Positions 31,173 through 41,593 of a stretch of 64,000 nucleotides of DNA are shown piece by piece (position 1 is the stretch's first letter; every line of letters starts with the position of its first letter). Origin of the DNA: an uncultured Spirochaetota bacterium (GTDB lineage Bacteria > Spirochaetota > Brevinematia > Brevinematales > JAOACQ01); the NCBI GenBank assembly GCA_963783575.1, contig CAWAOD010000003.1, positions 128,001 through 192,000 of the forward strand. Reading direction: 5' to 3'. Position numbers and translations under genes: made by a program. Below the pieces are notes generated by a model that was given only the letters and a program-made list of their open reading frames with translations, was not told where the DNA came from and searched no databases.

Positions 31173-31814
31173 TCATTTGACTACGGAATTGGTTCCTGAA
31201 TTTGAGTCATTTGTCTTATTATCATTTTTTACAGGTGCTATCGTATTTATTATATAATTCAGAACTTCGTCGGTTCTGCCGGAAATTGTTGAAAGCCAGT
31301 AGTTATAACCTGTTTCCCTGTTGTGCAGGTTGACATCTATAACAATATAACTGGAAAAGAAATTCTTATCGAATTGAAAATATTCTATATCACCGCTTAA
31401 AATTATATTAATTTCTTTTATCATATTTAAATTGTAAAATATATACGATCCGTCATTAACGCTGGTAACTTTTAATGTGCCTTCCTGCTCCCTGCTGTCC
31501 CTTGATGTTCGGATGCTGTTGGCAAGCCCGTAATTAAAAACCTTAATGCCGGCTTTCATCAGCCTTTTTTTCAGCTCCAAATTGACAAAATGTTTAATTT
31601 CAACCGGATCTTCATTTTTTGCCAGCAGGTTATCCGATCCGAAATCATCAAACAGAACGGATGAAACAAGAACATCGCCGCTATAAGGCATGTCAACCAT
31701 CATTACTGTTTTGGAGGAAAAATTATAATTTTTCAGGCTTCCTCCGTAAAAATATACAAAAACGGTAAAAATCATAAATAAAGCTGCTATACCAGTATTA
31801 AAAATCCTTATCAT
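31173..31814 (-). CDS. Hypothetical membrane-anchored protein
   Basis: 213-aa ORF with GGAGG RBS and N-terminal TM helix, in operon. Confidence 0.55.
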   Translation of the reverse strand: MIRIFNTGIAALFMIFTVFVYFYGGSLKNYNFSSKTVMMVDMPYSGDVLVSSVLFDDFGSDNLLAKNEDPVEIKHFVNLELKKRLMKAGIKVFNYGLANSIRTSRDSREQEGTLKVTSVNDGSYIFYNLNMIKEINIILSGDIEYFQFDKNFFSSYIVIDVNLHNRETGYNYWLSTISGRTDEVLNYIINTIAPVKNDNKTNDSNSGTNSVVK

Positions 31815-31826
31815 AAAAAATCCTCC

Positions 31827-32321
31827 TCAAAATTTCTTGATTTTAAATTCAAAACTGAAATCCCAGCCTAATCTTCCGATAAATAAAGGCAGGACAGTTA
31901 ATTCATAATATACCTTGAATCCGATGTAAAAGTTTCTGAAAACCGGTATTTGAATCCCGGCTCCAGCCGGAAAAGATAATCCCGGATAATTTATTAATAC
32001 TTTGTAACCAAGGAAAATAAAGGGATTTAACAATTCATCTGATATAAAAAACAGCCCCGGTTGAAATTGAGTGACCGGGAAATACTCAACTATGCTTCCT
32101 ATACTGAATTCATTATTAAATGGATTATAGCGGAAATAAACCGGTTTGATAGGCAGGAATAGCCAATCTTTTACAGTAAAGATCGGAGCCGTAAAAATAT
32201 CATAAGGGCCGTAAGCCAGTTCAACCCCGCGAAATTGAGGCTTTACATCCTCAAAAAAATCAAAACAATAAACAGGGCTTGATATTAATATAGATAATAA
32301 AATAAATTTAAAAATTTTCAT
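31827..32321 (-). CDS. Hypothetical secreted protein, possible small beta-barrel
   Basis: Signal peptide, aromatic alternating strands (NPFIFLGYK, AGAGIQIP, FYIGFKVYY, GWDFSFEFK), terminal F. Confidence 0.5.
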   Translation of the reverse strand: MKIFKFILLSILISSPVYCFDFFEDVKPQFRGVELAYGPYDIFTAPIFTVKDWLFLPIKPVYFRYNPFNNEFSIGSIVEYFPVTQFQPGLFFISDELLNPFIFLGYKVLINYPGLSFPAGAGIQIPVFRNFYIGFKVYYELTVLPLFIGRLGWDFSFEFKIKKF

Positions 32322-32723
32322 ATTATCCCTTAATCAACCTGTTATTTTTTTACTTAATCGTGACAGAACATTGATTATAGTAAAAGCAAATATTGAGATA
32401 GTCAAATTATCAATATTAATACAAAATGTGATAATATTAATATATGGGTAATTACGCTTAAATATTGATGAAATTTTTGTATTTCTTCCATATACACTTT
32501 CAAAAACTTAAGGGCAGTTCCGTTTTATTAAAAAAACTAGTTCTAATAAAATTTTCGAACTGCCTTATATATAATACTTATCATTTTAACGACTTATGAA
32601 AATTTTACTACAAAATTATTTATCTTAACTATTTTATTCTTAATAAATAATATTATAATTCATTTATAAAAATAGAATTTTGTATTATAATGAATGGAAA
32701 AAAATGAGGAGGTGTTTTACACT

Positions 32724-34397
32724 ATGCGAAGCGATTTGGTTAAAAAAGGGTTTCAAAGAGCGCCCCACAGATCTTTATTCAGGGCAATGGGATTTGATGA
32801 CTGGGAATTGAAAAGACCTATCATTGGAATCGCAAATTCCTTTAATGAATGCATTCCGGGTCATATTCATTTGAATAAATTGGCGGACGCCGTGAAAAAA
32901 GGGATCTACTCGGCCGGGGGTATGCCGATGGAATTTAATACCATCGGTATCTGCGACGGTATCGCAATGGGCCATATCGGTATGAAATATTCCCTTCCTT
33001 CAAGGGAATTGATAGCCGATTCGGTGGAGACAATGGTCCAGGCTTACCAGTTCGACGGGTTAGTTATGATTGCATCCTGTGATAAAATTATACCTGGTAT
33101 GCTTATCGCGGCCATGCGGCTGAATATACCTGCGATTTTTATAAGCGGCGGGCCTATGCTACCGGGCAACCTTGGAAAGAAAACTCAGATTGACCTGAAC
33201 GATGTTTTTGTAGCTGTCGGCCAGTATGCAAGTAAGAAGATGTCCGAAGAGGAAATGCATGTCCTTGAATGCGATGCCTGCCCAGGCGGAGGCTCCTGCG
33301 CCGGCATGTTTACGGCAAATACCATGAGCAATCTCAGTGAAGCGCTTGGAATAGGGCTTCCTTTTAACGGCAGCATTCCTGCAGTATTCTCCGGAAGGGA
33401 AATGCTTGCGAAAAAAGCCGGCCTGAAGATTGTTGAATTGGTGGAAAAGGATATCAAAGCCAGGGACATTATGACAAAAAAGGCGTTCGAGAATGCGATC
33501 GCCCTTGATATGGCTCTCGGCGGATCAACCAATACAGCCCTGCATCTTCCCGCAATTGCTTATTACGGAGATATAGACTTAGAGTTAAAAGATTTTATAC
33601 CGTTTACTGAAAAAATCCCTCATCTTACATCGATGGCCCCTGCGGGACCTCACCACATCCTTGATTTGTACAACGCAGGCGGCGTTCCAGCGGTTCTCTC
33701 GGAACTGGCGAAAAAGAACCTGATACATCTGGATACAATGACCGTTAATGGGAAGAAACTCGGTGAAACTTTAAAAGAATACAAAGCCGGGGTTAAGGAT
33801 TATGACATCATCCGGTCTATTGATAAACCGGTTCATGAAACCGGCGGTCTGGCTGTTTTGACCGGTAACCTGGCTCCCGACGGAGCCATAGTAAAACAGG
33901 CCGCCGTTGCGCCGGAGATGATGCGGCATAAAGGCCCGGCGAGGGTTTTTGACAGCGAAGAGGCCGCAAGCGAAGCTATTCTGGGGAACAGGATTAAAAA
34001 GGGAGATGTGATTGTTATCCGGTACGAAGGCCCGAAAGGAGGCCCCGGTATGCGGGAAATGCTTTCCCCTACTTCAACCGTTGCCGGAATGGGGCTGGAT
34101 AAGGATGTAGCTCTCATAACTGACGGCCGTTTCAGCGGAGCAACAAAAGGGGCTTCGATCGGCCATATTTCTCCCGAAGCCGCTGCCGGCGGTTTGATTG
34201 GACTGATTGAAGAAGGAGATCTTATTGAGATTGATATAATCAATAAAAAAATTAATCTTCTTGTGGATGAGTCCAAGATTGAGGCAAGAAAGAAGAAATG
34301 GGTTCCTCATCCTCCCAAGATATTAAGCGGTTATGTCGCCAGGTATTCAAAAATGGTTACCTCGGCAAACAAAGGCGCCGTTTACGAGAGTAAATAA
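32724..34397 (+). CDS. ilvD: Dihydroxy-acid dehydratase
   Basis: [82 protein letters not shown] before ATG 32724. Confidence 0.97.
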   Translation: MRSDLVKKGFQRAPHRSLFRAMGFDDWELKRPIIGIANSFNECIPGHIHLNKLADAVKKGIYSAGGMPMEFNTIGICDGIAMGHIGMKYSLPSRELIADSVETMVQAYQFDGLVMIASCDKIIPGMLIAAMRLNIPAIFISGGPMLPGNLGKKTQIDLNDVFVAVGQYASKKMSEEEMHVLECDACPGGGSCAGMFTANTMSNLSEALGIGLPFNGSIPAVFSGREMLAKKAGLKIVELVEKDIKARDIMTKKAFENAIALDMALGGSTNTALHLPAIAYYGDIDLELKDFIPFTEKIPHLTSMAPAGPHHILDLYNAGGVPAVLSELAKKNLIHLDTMTVNGKKLGETLKEYKAGVKDYDIIRSIDKPVHETGGLAVLTGNLAPDGAIVKQAAVAPEMMRHKGPARVFDSEEAASEAILGNRIKKGDVIVIRYEGPKGGPGMREMLSPTSTVAGMGLDKDVALITDGRFSGATKGASIGHISPEAAAGGLIGLIEEGDLIEIDIINKKINLLVDESKIEARKKKWVPHPPKILSGYVARYSKMVTSANKGAVYESK

Positions 34398-34447
34398 TCA
34401 AAGCAGGGGTGTATTTAGCCCCTGCCAAAATATTCCGCAGGGTTGAA

Positions 34448-34855
34448 ATGATGATAAAAACTATAATTATCACTGGAATGATTTTTATTTTATTCTCCAT
34501 AGAGTATTGCGAGGGAAAAAACGAAGACAAATTTATGCTGTATGTGATTAAAATAACCGGACCTTTAAAAAGAGACGAGTTTTATACCGCTAGATATGCA
34601 ATGCTTTATTATGAATATAAATGGAATAAAAATGTATCTTTATTTGAAGATTACGAATGGAATTTTGCAGTTAAAAATGCCGCAAAAAGGGCTAAGACAA
34701 AATCCCTAAATTCAATTGTTCATATTGAGAAATGGGGTGAGAAATTTTTAAAAACAACAATTCAATTGACAAGAAAATCCCTTGAAGGCCTTGATAAATT
34801 TATCGGGGAAAAAATGGGAGAAACAGAGGCCTCAAGACATACCGATAAAGAATGA
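34448..34855 (+). CDS. Hypothetical protein with signal peptide
   Basis: ORF with N-terminal hydrophobic segment, in operon after ilvD. Confidence 0.5.
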   Translation: MMIKTIIITGMIFILFSIEYCEGKNEDKFMLYVIKITGPLKRDEFYTARYAMLYYEYKWNKNVSLFEDYEWNFAVKNAAKRAKTKSLNSIVHIEKWGEKFLKTTIQLTRKSLEGLDKFIGEKMGETEASRHTDKE

Positions 34856-34877
34856 ATAATTATAAGGGAGGATTATT

Positions 34878-35894
34878 ATGGACTCCTATCAGCAATTTTT
34901 TCAGGGTGTCAGAGGTTCTTTCAACGGGTCGTCTAATATTTTGTCATTTTTAATCTTTATTGTAGTTCTGGGAGTTTTGATCATTATAATCAGGGCATTT
35001 TACAAATATTATCAATCCTATTTAAAGGCCAGACTCGTTCTTAATGCCCAAGCGAATTCGACAACCCTTCAAAAGCATGTTCAGGAATTTAATCCTTTAC
35101 AGAAAAAGGCGGTTTATGATATTATCGGGGAATTCAAGAAAAAGGAGATGATAGCCCAAACAATTCCGGTAACCATCCTTGAAAAGTATTCGGAATATTT
35201 CTATCATCAGGTTGACCGGCTTAAAATCAGCAATACCCTTGCAAACAGAATGGCGATGCAGATATTTCCGATAACAGTCAATTCCAACATTGAAATTCAA
35301 ATATTCCAGGATGAAAAGCTTTATGTATTCGATAGAAAAGTGATAGTTTCCAACAATAATGCCGTTGTAGTGAACAGTCTTGAAGGCCATGATGTCAGGA
35401 TCATCAAAGGAATGCCGGTTTATTTATTCTATACGGCAAGCAATCAATGTATATCAGGTGTGTCGTCAGTTGTGAATAATATTCCGAACGATAGGATGAT
35501 CCTGTCATATCCTAAAAATCTCAAAGTCTCCGATGTCCGGAGATTCATAAGAATACCTCTTACAAATGTTGAAGGCAAACTTGCAACAACCATAACAAGA
35601 AGCAGTATGAATCCTCAGGAAATCAAGATAACGCTGAAAGATATCAGTCTGGAAGGCGCCAGGATACAGGCCAACGCAGTTCTCAAAAAAAATTATATCT
35701 ATAAACTGAGCTTTCAGGATACTGGAATTGCCGGGTATAATTTTCAGGATATTGAGTGCGCAGTTTCAAAAAGCTTATTGGGCGATAATATTTTTGAATA
35801 TGGCCTGTCATTTATCTACCTTGATATCGAGACAAGGGAAAAACTTGTCGGATACCTTAAAGATCTTGCCAACAGGATGAAATTTAAAAAGTGA
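34878..35894 (+). CDS. PilZ-domain (YcgR/flagellar brake-like) c-di-GMP-binding membrane protein
   Basis: RRFIRIP (RxxxR) and DISLEGA (DxSxxG) motifs, YGLSF; N-terminal TM helix. Confidence 0.8.
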   Translation: MDSYQQFFQGVRGSFNGSSNILSFLIFIVVLGVLIIIIRAFYKYYQSYLKARLVLNAQANSTTLQKHVQEFNPLQKKAVYDIIGEFKKKEMIAQTIPVTILEKYSEYFYHQVDRLKISNTLANRMAMQIFPITVNSNIEIQIFQDEKLYVFDRKVIVSNNNAVVVNSLEGHDVRIIKGMPVYLFYTASNQCISGVSSVVNNIPNDRMILSYPKNLKVSDVRRFIRIPLTNVEGKLATTITRSSMNPQEIKITLKDISLEGARIQANAVLKKNYIYKLSFQDTGIAGYNFQDIECAVSKSLLGDNIFEYGLSFIYLDIETREKLVGYLKDLANRMKFKK

Positions 35895-35903
35895 CCGCCC
35901 AAT

Positions 35904-36677
35904 ATGATACATAAAAAAAGTGACAGCCGCAAGGTTTATGAAAATTTCTCAAAATATTACGACCTGTATGTTCGGAATTTTTCCGAAGATATACCTATTT
36001 ATTTATCATTTTGCGGCAAAGATGATAAAATTCTGGAAATCGGCTGCGGTTCAGGTAGAATCCTAAGCCATTTTCTTAAAAACGGTTATGCAATCACCGG
36101 TGTTGATATTTCACAGGAAATGCTTGATCTGTCGGAATCAAAGCTCAAAAATTATATTATTAATGGGAAACTAAAACTTAAAAATCATGATTTCAGATTT
36201 TCCCCGTTTAAAGAAAGTTTTAATATGATTATGGTTACCTGGTATACGTTCAACTATATACTTGATAAAAAAGAACAGGAAAGTTTCCTGAAAAATATTT
36301 ATTTGTCTTTAAACACCGGCGGGAAATTAATTGCAGACCTTTTTTATCCCCGGACATATTCCAGACCGGAAATAGAAAACAAATGGACGGAAACGGAAAT
36401 AAGTTATAATGAATTTAAAATTCTATTGAGGGATAAAAGAAAAGTTGAAAATGGGATTGAAGAAAGGATACAAGAATTCATAAAAAATGGGACTGAAGAA
36501 GAAATTATAACATACAGAATATTTATAGATAAGGATACAATCAGGCAATTATTGAAAGACGCGGCTTTTACCGGAATTAAAATCACGGATGGCTATTCTC
36601 CCGATGGTTTTCATGAAGCTTTGCAAGGTGAAAAAGCCTTCAAAAATTTTATAATTACCGCAATAAAAAATAAATAA
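35904..36677 (+). CDS. Class I SAM-dependent methyltransferase
   Basis: ILEIGCGSGR, ITGVDISQEML, GGKLIAD. Confidence 0.88.
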   Translation: MIHKKSDSRKVYENFSKYYDLYVRNFSEDIPIYLSFCGKDDKILEIGCGSGRILSHFLKNGYAITGVDISQEMLDLSESKLKNYIINGKLKLKNHDFRFSPFKESFNMIMVTWYTFNYILDKKEQESFLKNIYLSLNTGGKLIADLFYPRTYSRPEIENKWTETEISYNEFKILLRDKRKVENGIEERIQEFIKNGTEEEIITYRIFIDKDTIRQLLKDAAFTGIKITDGYSPDGFHEALQGEKAFKNFIITAIKNK

Positions 36678-36693
36678 TTTCAGATATATAAAT

Positions 36694-37950
36694 CTATTTA
36701 AGTACTGCCGCCATTTCTCCAAGACTACCCTGAGATTGATCTCCGTTTGAGAGGTTGCGCAGGGTATAAATTCCTTTTTTAACCTCATCTTCCCCGACAA
36801 ACAGTGCATATTTCGCCTTCATTGAATCGGCCGATTTAAGATGCTTTTTAAGCGAGGAATAACGGTATTCGGTTACAGCCGAAATATTCTTTTTCCTTAA
36901 GTTTGATACTATCTCAAGTGCTTTCATCCTGAATTCCTCGCCTATAAATGCGACATATACAGTTGGCGGAATATAATACCCGGTTTTTCCCGGTCCTCGG
37001 TTTTCAAGCATAAGGGCCAATCTTTCCATACCTATGGCAAATCCAGCCGCCGGAGTATCCATCCCGCCAAGGTCTTTTATTAAATAATCATAACGTCCGC
37101 CCGCCGAGACAGTGCTTTGCGCTCCGGCATTTGAAGCTTTGACTTCAAATACGGTTCGGTTGTAATAATCCAGGCCCCGTACAAGCCTGGGATCAATCAG
37201 GTAAGGGATTTTCAATACTTCAAGTCCTTTCTTGACGCTGTTAAAATGGGCTTCACAGTCTGTGCATAATGAATCGATCATAACCGGAGCGTCCTTTAAA
37301 AACGGCGCGCATTTTTCCTCCTTGCAGTCGAGGATGCGCAGGGGATTGGATCCGAATCTTTTTTTACAGTCCTCGCACATTAAACCGATTTTACCTGAAA
37401 AATAATCTTTCAGGTTTTCAAGATGTTGCGGTCGGCAAACTCTGCATCCGATAGAATTTATGTATATTGTAACATCGGAAATTCCCAATTGATCGAAAAT
37501 GTCATGGTTTAATTTTATAAGTTCGACATCAACAAAGGGATTTCCGTCACCGAGATATTCCGCGCCATACTGTATAAATTGCCTGTATCTTCCGGCCTGC
37601 GGATTTTCAGCGCGGAACATCGGGCCGGAGTAGTAAAGCCGGGAGGCATATCCCTGCATAGAAAGCCCGTTTTCCAGGTAAAGCCTTACAGCGGAAGCCG
37701 TTCCTTCGGGCCGCAAAGCTATCTGCCTGTGTCCCCTGTCTTCGAATACATACATTTCCTTTTTTACAACAATATCCGAAGAATCGCCGACTCCCCGGAT
37801 AAACAAATTGGCATACTCGATCACAGGAAAGACAACTTTTTTATATCCATAATCCGATAGTATTTTCCCCAGTTTATCTTCAATGAAGCTGTAAAAATCA
37901 GACTCATCCGGCGGAATATCATAAGTTCCCTTTAATTTAACATAGTCCAT
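36694..37950 (-). CDS. hisS: Histidine-tRNA ligase
   Basis: KGTYDIPP, LRPEGTAS, MFRAENPQAGRYRQF, LVRGLDYY, GGRYD, GFAIGMERL. Confidence 0.97.
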   Translation of the reverse strand: MDYVKLKGTYDIPPDESDFYSFIEDKLGKILSDYGYKKVVFPVIEYANLFIRGVGDSSDIVVKKEMYVFEDRGHRQIALRPEGTASAVRLYLENGLSMQGYASRLYYSGPMFRAENPQAGRYRQFIQYGAEYLGDGNPFVDVELIKLNHDIFDQLGISDVTIYINSIGCRVCRPQHLENLKDYFSGKIGLMCEDCKKRFGSNPLRILDCKEEKCAPFLKDAPVMIDSLCTDCEAHFNSVKKGLEVLKIPYLIDPRLVRGLDYYNRTVFEVKASNAGAQSTVSAGGRYDYLIKDLGGMDTPAAGFAIGMERLALMLENRGPGKTGYYIPPTVYVAFIGEEFRMKALEIVSNLRKKNISAVTEYRYSSLKKHLKSADSMKAKYALFVGEDEVKKGIYTLRNLSNGDQSQGSLGEMAAVLK

Positions 37951-37983
37951 CTGCAACTCCTTGATGTAGTTGTCAAACTAGAT

Positions 37984-38012
37984 ATAATAAAATAAAATAT
38001 TCCGAATGTCAA
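37984..38012 (-). promoter_or_regulatory. Sigma70-type promoter of hisS
   Basis: Minus strand TTGACA (38012-38007), 17 bp, TATTAT (37989-37984). Confidence 0.55.
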
Positions 38013-38025
38013 ACAAGCGTGCCCT

Positions 38026-38108
38026 GCGACATCGTGCCGCTTGGTGAACTTGCGTTCGCCACTGTCTTTATGCTGCTTGAAGAGCCCTCATGGAGCATCC
38101 ATACTCCA
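38026..38108 (-). repeat. Three-hairpin dispersed element, copy D
   Basis: Minus strand TGGAGTA-tgga-TGCTCCA, 29 nt, TGGCGAAC-gcaa-GTTCACCA, GCGGCA-cga-TGTCGC. Confidence 0.8.
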
Positions 38109-38423
38109 CTTCTGGCTTTGTGTCATCGTGTAGCTAAAGCTCTCAATGCGCGTCGGTGCGCGGTTGGTTAGCCCTTAAGCAAGCTCAGGACAGGCTTGAC
38201 GAATCACTGGGCAGGCTGCTTGACCTAAACTATCATTATATCAGTTCTTTGGAAGTAAATATGGATCAAGCATCATGCCTGGAAAAATTATGTTTAAAAA
38301 TCTTGATTTATAACAAATTTAATAGATAATATATAGTACTTAAAAAATTATGATTCTGCAAGGATTTAATAATATTAATGTAAGGTATCGGATACCGTCA
38401 TAATTAAAGGAGATTAAATCAGA

Positions 38424-40316
38424 ATGGGAATTCTGGAGCAAAAAAAAACAAAACTTGGGGTAAACAACCTTGATTTTAATGAGCAGAAGGAACTTTATGA
38501 AGGTTTTGTAAATGTTGGAGGAAAAGTTGTAAAACTTCAGCAGGATCCGAATCACAAAATAAATACCAAACTCTCAAGATATATAGAAGCAAAAGAAGAA
38601 ACCGAGAAAAAAAGGCTTCTTCAGGAAGAAAAGAAAAAAAGCGATGAGATTGCCCATCAAAAAATGCTGGCTGAAAAGGAAAAAATAAAAAAAATGGTGG
38701 AAGAATCCAGAAAGAATCAAAGGATGTTAAAACCGCCGGTTATCCAGGAAAATAAAGCGGAAGCGCCCGACGAACCCAATCCTACACAGGATTATTTCAG
38801 CAGGCTTGCAGCTGTACTAGTCTGCATAATTTATGGTATTTTCAATATATTCGGTAAAAGATTCTCAAAAAAATTCCTCAACATAACATATTATGATCTT
38901 CAGAACGGATTAATCGAAGCCAAGCAAATCCTTGCTTCAATCATACACCAGGATAAAAGTTTTTCATCCCATATTAAGGATAGTCTTGCATCGACAGGTT
39001 TCCCATATTATTATGAGCTTTTATACAGATTCGACGAAATCTACGATCCGGATGTTTTTAACACCTTAAAAGATTTAAAAGCTGTTTCGGATCCGATCGC
39101 CAGGGGTAAGACTGCTTTTATCAAATTATTTAAAAAAATACTAATTCTAAACCGGTATCACCCGTCAATAAATATCGCATTTGAAAAGGCGCTCTCATAT
39201 GAGAAAGAATTGAGAAAAATGGATGAATCCATATTCTCGGCAAATTATAAAAAGCTCAATAAAATATATACATTCATCTTTTTGAATTATTTACCAAAAA
39301 TTCTTAACCTTGTTGATTTTTATTTTAAAGATGAAATCTTCCATGGCAAAAAAATAAAGTATAGGGATTTTATCAATATCGTACCCGAAGATATGATAGG
39401 TTTCTATACCAAATTGTGGGCAGAGGAGGAAGTAAAAGAAAAACTTAAACTTGAACAGGAGGAAAGGCAAAAAGCGCTCGAAGAGCAGGAAAAATTGAAG
39501 CAGGAGAAGGAGAAGGGCGACATGCCTCCATTATCCGAAGCGGAAAAAATTGCACAACTTAAGAATCTTCCTGATTCTGTAGGAAACGGCATCAGGATTA
39601 TTGAGGAAAACCTTAATTTTAAAGAGATATTAAGTTTCTATCATTATTCGAAAGACCCCAGAGAAATAATGCCGATCAATGACAAGGTCTTCCTGACATT
39701 TTCAATAATGGAATTTTTTGATAAAGAGTTTTCTTTTCTCTTTGTTACAAGCAGCGTTCAATTTAATATTATTTCCGATAAAGGCCAGAGAATCGATATC
39801 CGCAACAATTTAAAAGACATTTACTTTCATACGGATGATATATATAAAAGTATAAATGAATATATAAAGATATTGCATGAAATAAGAAAAAATAATACTA
39901 ACACATATATGCTTGCCAAAGAACAATATACAAAACTCCAGCAGCTCAGCCTGCAGAGAAGCCAACTCTCAAAACTAATCAGAAGACAATCGGGACAGTT
40001 GTTTGAAAACTTTAAAAACCAGTTTAAGATAATTGTAGATGACTATAATTATGACAGAAGGATTATCCAGAACCCGGAAGATATCCAGAGTTTTGATACA
40101 AGAATTCTAGGAAAGAAAATATCTCACAGGCAGAGAATCATAGAGGTGTTTAATAACGGGTTTTCTGTGGCTTCGGCTCTTCATTATCTGGTAAACGAGG
40201 GCGAATTGAGCGGAATTTCAATAGAAATAAAACAGCCGGTATTCCTGAAATTTGAAATACCCGCAGAAAATGAAAACTTAAATGAAAACACACAGCTATC
40301 GGATTTTCCTCAATAA
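38424..40316 (+). CDS. Large helical/coiled-coil hypothetical protein
   Basis: 630-aa ORF with AAGGAG RBS and two charged coiled-coil segments; no recognised motif. Confidence 0.6.
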   Translation: MGILEQKKTKLGVNNLDFNEQKELYEGFVNVGGKVVKLQQDPNHKINTKLSRYIEAKEETEKKRLLQEEKKKSDEIAHQKMLAEKEKIKKMVEESRKNQRMLKPPVIQENKAEAPDEPNPTQDYFSRLAAVLVCIIYGIFNIFGKRFSKKFLNITYYDLQNGLIEAKQILASIIHQDKSFSSHIKDSLASTGFPYYYELLYRFDEIYDPDVFNTLKDLKAVSDPIARGKTAFIKLFKKILILNRYHPSINIAFEKALSYEKELRKMDESIFSANYKKLNKIYTFIFLNYLPKILNLVDFYFKDEIFHGKKIKYRDFINIVPEDMIGFYTKLWAEEEVKEKLKLEQEERQKALEEQEKLKQEKEKGDMPPLSEAEKIAQLKNLPDSVGNGIRIIEENLNFKEILSFYHYSKDPREIMPINDKVFLTFSIMEFFDKEFSFLFVTSSVQFNIISDKGQRIDIRNNLKDIYFHTDDIYKSINEYIKILHEIRKNNTNTYMLAKEQYTKLQQLSLQRSQLSKLIRRQSGQLFENFKNQFKIIVDDYNYDRRIIQNPEDIQSFDTRILGKKISHRQRIIEVFNNGFSVASALHYLVNEGELSGISIEIKQPVFLKFEIPAENENLNENTQLSDFPQ

Positions 40317-40599
40317 TAAATTTTAGCAATTTAAAGCCAAAACTGTTAAAAAAAGTATTTCATTCTAAAATCAATTCAAACTAATTAAACTATCATGGAA
40401 CTTGATTAAAGTTTTAATTTAAAGAATAAAATTAGCAATGGAAATAGTAAAAAACTAAAATTTGTTAATATTTGTTTTTTTTATGAACATTTTGTTAAAA
40501 TATTTGATAATAAGTCAGGTATTTGCCTTAAATTATTTATGCTTGACTTTTTATCCTATTGCTATTAAGATAAATAAATAAAAATTTCTGGAGGATTCT

Positions 40600-41058
40600 A
40601 TGCCTAACAGTTATATTATTTTCCTGATCATTTTTATAATATTACTTACAGTATTTGCTTATTTCTGTACTAAAAATGGCTTTATCAGATCATTATATTT
40701 ATTTTTAAGATTCGCTGTTCCAATGTTTTTATCTGGAGTGATAGTTTTTATATCCAGGTTTATTTCAAAGGTTGAGCTGATAAAATATATTATCGGCATT
40801 ATCGGTACTGTTATTTTCTTCCTTGTTTTATTTAATGTTTTCGTTTTACCGGAAAAAAACAAAAAGATGGGAATAATAAATTATTTTCTTGGATTTGTTA
40901 TAGGAATTGCGATAGGCTGGCTTATTGCAGGTTTTGTTGTAATTTATCTGGATTTTTTTAATATTATCATAATACATAATATTATATCCAGTTCTTTTTA
41001 TACTGCAATTATTACTCCTGTAAAGTGGATTTTATTCCTTGATTTTATTAAATTTTAA
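40600..41058 (+). CDS. CvpA (colicin V production)-like membrane protein
   Basis: Four TM helices; KNGFIRSL (G..rGfi.e-like) and INYFLGFVIGIAIG (dr.lG...G-like). Promoter TTGACT-17-TAAGAT at 40543-40571. Confidence 0.55.
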   Translation: MPNSYIIFLIIFIILLTVFAYFCTKNGFIRSLYLFLRFAVPMFLSGVIVFISRFISKVELIKYIIGIIGTVIFFLVLFNVFVLPEKNKKMGIINYFLGFVIGIAIGWLIAGFVVIYLDFFNIIIIHNIISSSFYTAIITPVKWILFLDFIKF

Positions 41059-41070
41059 TATATGAATTAA

Positions 41071-41275
41071 ATTCCTGGGGTATTCGTGTAGAATGGATAT
41101 TTTCGGGTTCTATATCCATATAAAAGGGATTCCGATCTCCATGTGGAATTGCTTCTCTTTTCCGGCTCTTTATGAACCGATTGAGGGGAAACAGGAAGTA
41201 TGGGTACGAATTCCGCCTTGTAAAAAGGAACCGGAAAAACGGTTTTCTTACGGTACCCCGGGTTTATAATATATA
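41071..41275 (+). ncRNA. ssrS: Probable 6S RNA
   Basis: ~205-nt intergenic rod: CCTGGGGTAT/GTACCCCGGG closing stem, TTTTCGGGTTCT/GGAACCGGAAAA, central A-rich bubble, GGGATTC/GAATTCC, CCATGT/GTATGG, CTTCTC/GAGGGG, apical CGGCTC/GAACCG. G-U pairs fit the + strand. Confidence 0.75.
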
Positions 41276-41285
41276 ATAAAGAGGT

Positions 41286-41585
41286 ATGAATATGGATCAA
41301 TTTTCTCTCGCAAAAATGTATATTGACGCTGTAAAAAATGATTCTATTGAATCGACTATCCTTGTTAAGCTACCGGAATTAGTTACCTGTAACGATTGGA
41401 CAAGAGTTGAGATTATTGGAACAGTAAATTATCTTTCGGATAGAACAAAAATAGTATATAACGGACTGCTGGTAAAACATGCCGGCGGATTATATTATAT
41501 GAAGAAAAAGATTACAGACGCACTGGGCGATATCGATAAAAGGTTTAAAAATATAAAGAAAAACGTAAGGGTTATTACCGAATAA
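41286..41585 (+). CDS. Small hypothetical protein
   Basis: 99-aa ORF with GAGG RBS; no recognised motif. Confidence 0.55.
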   Translation: MNMDQFSLAKMYIDAVKNDSIESTILVKLPELVTCNDWTRVEIIGTVNYLSDRTKIVYNGLLVKHAGGLYYMKKKITDALGDIDKRFKNIKKNVRVITE

Positions 41586-41593
41586 AATCATTC

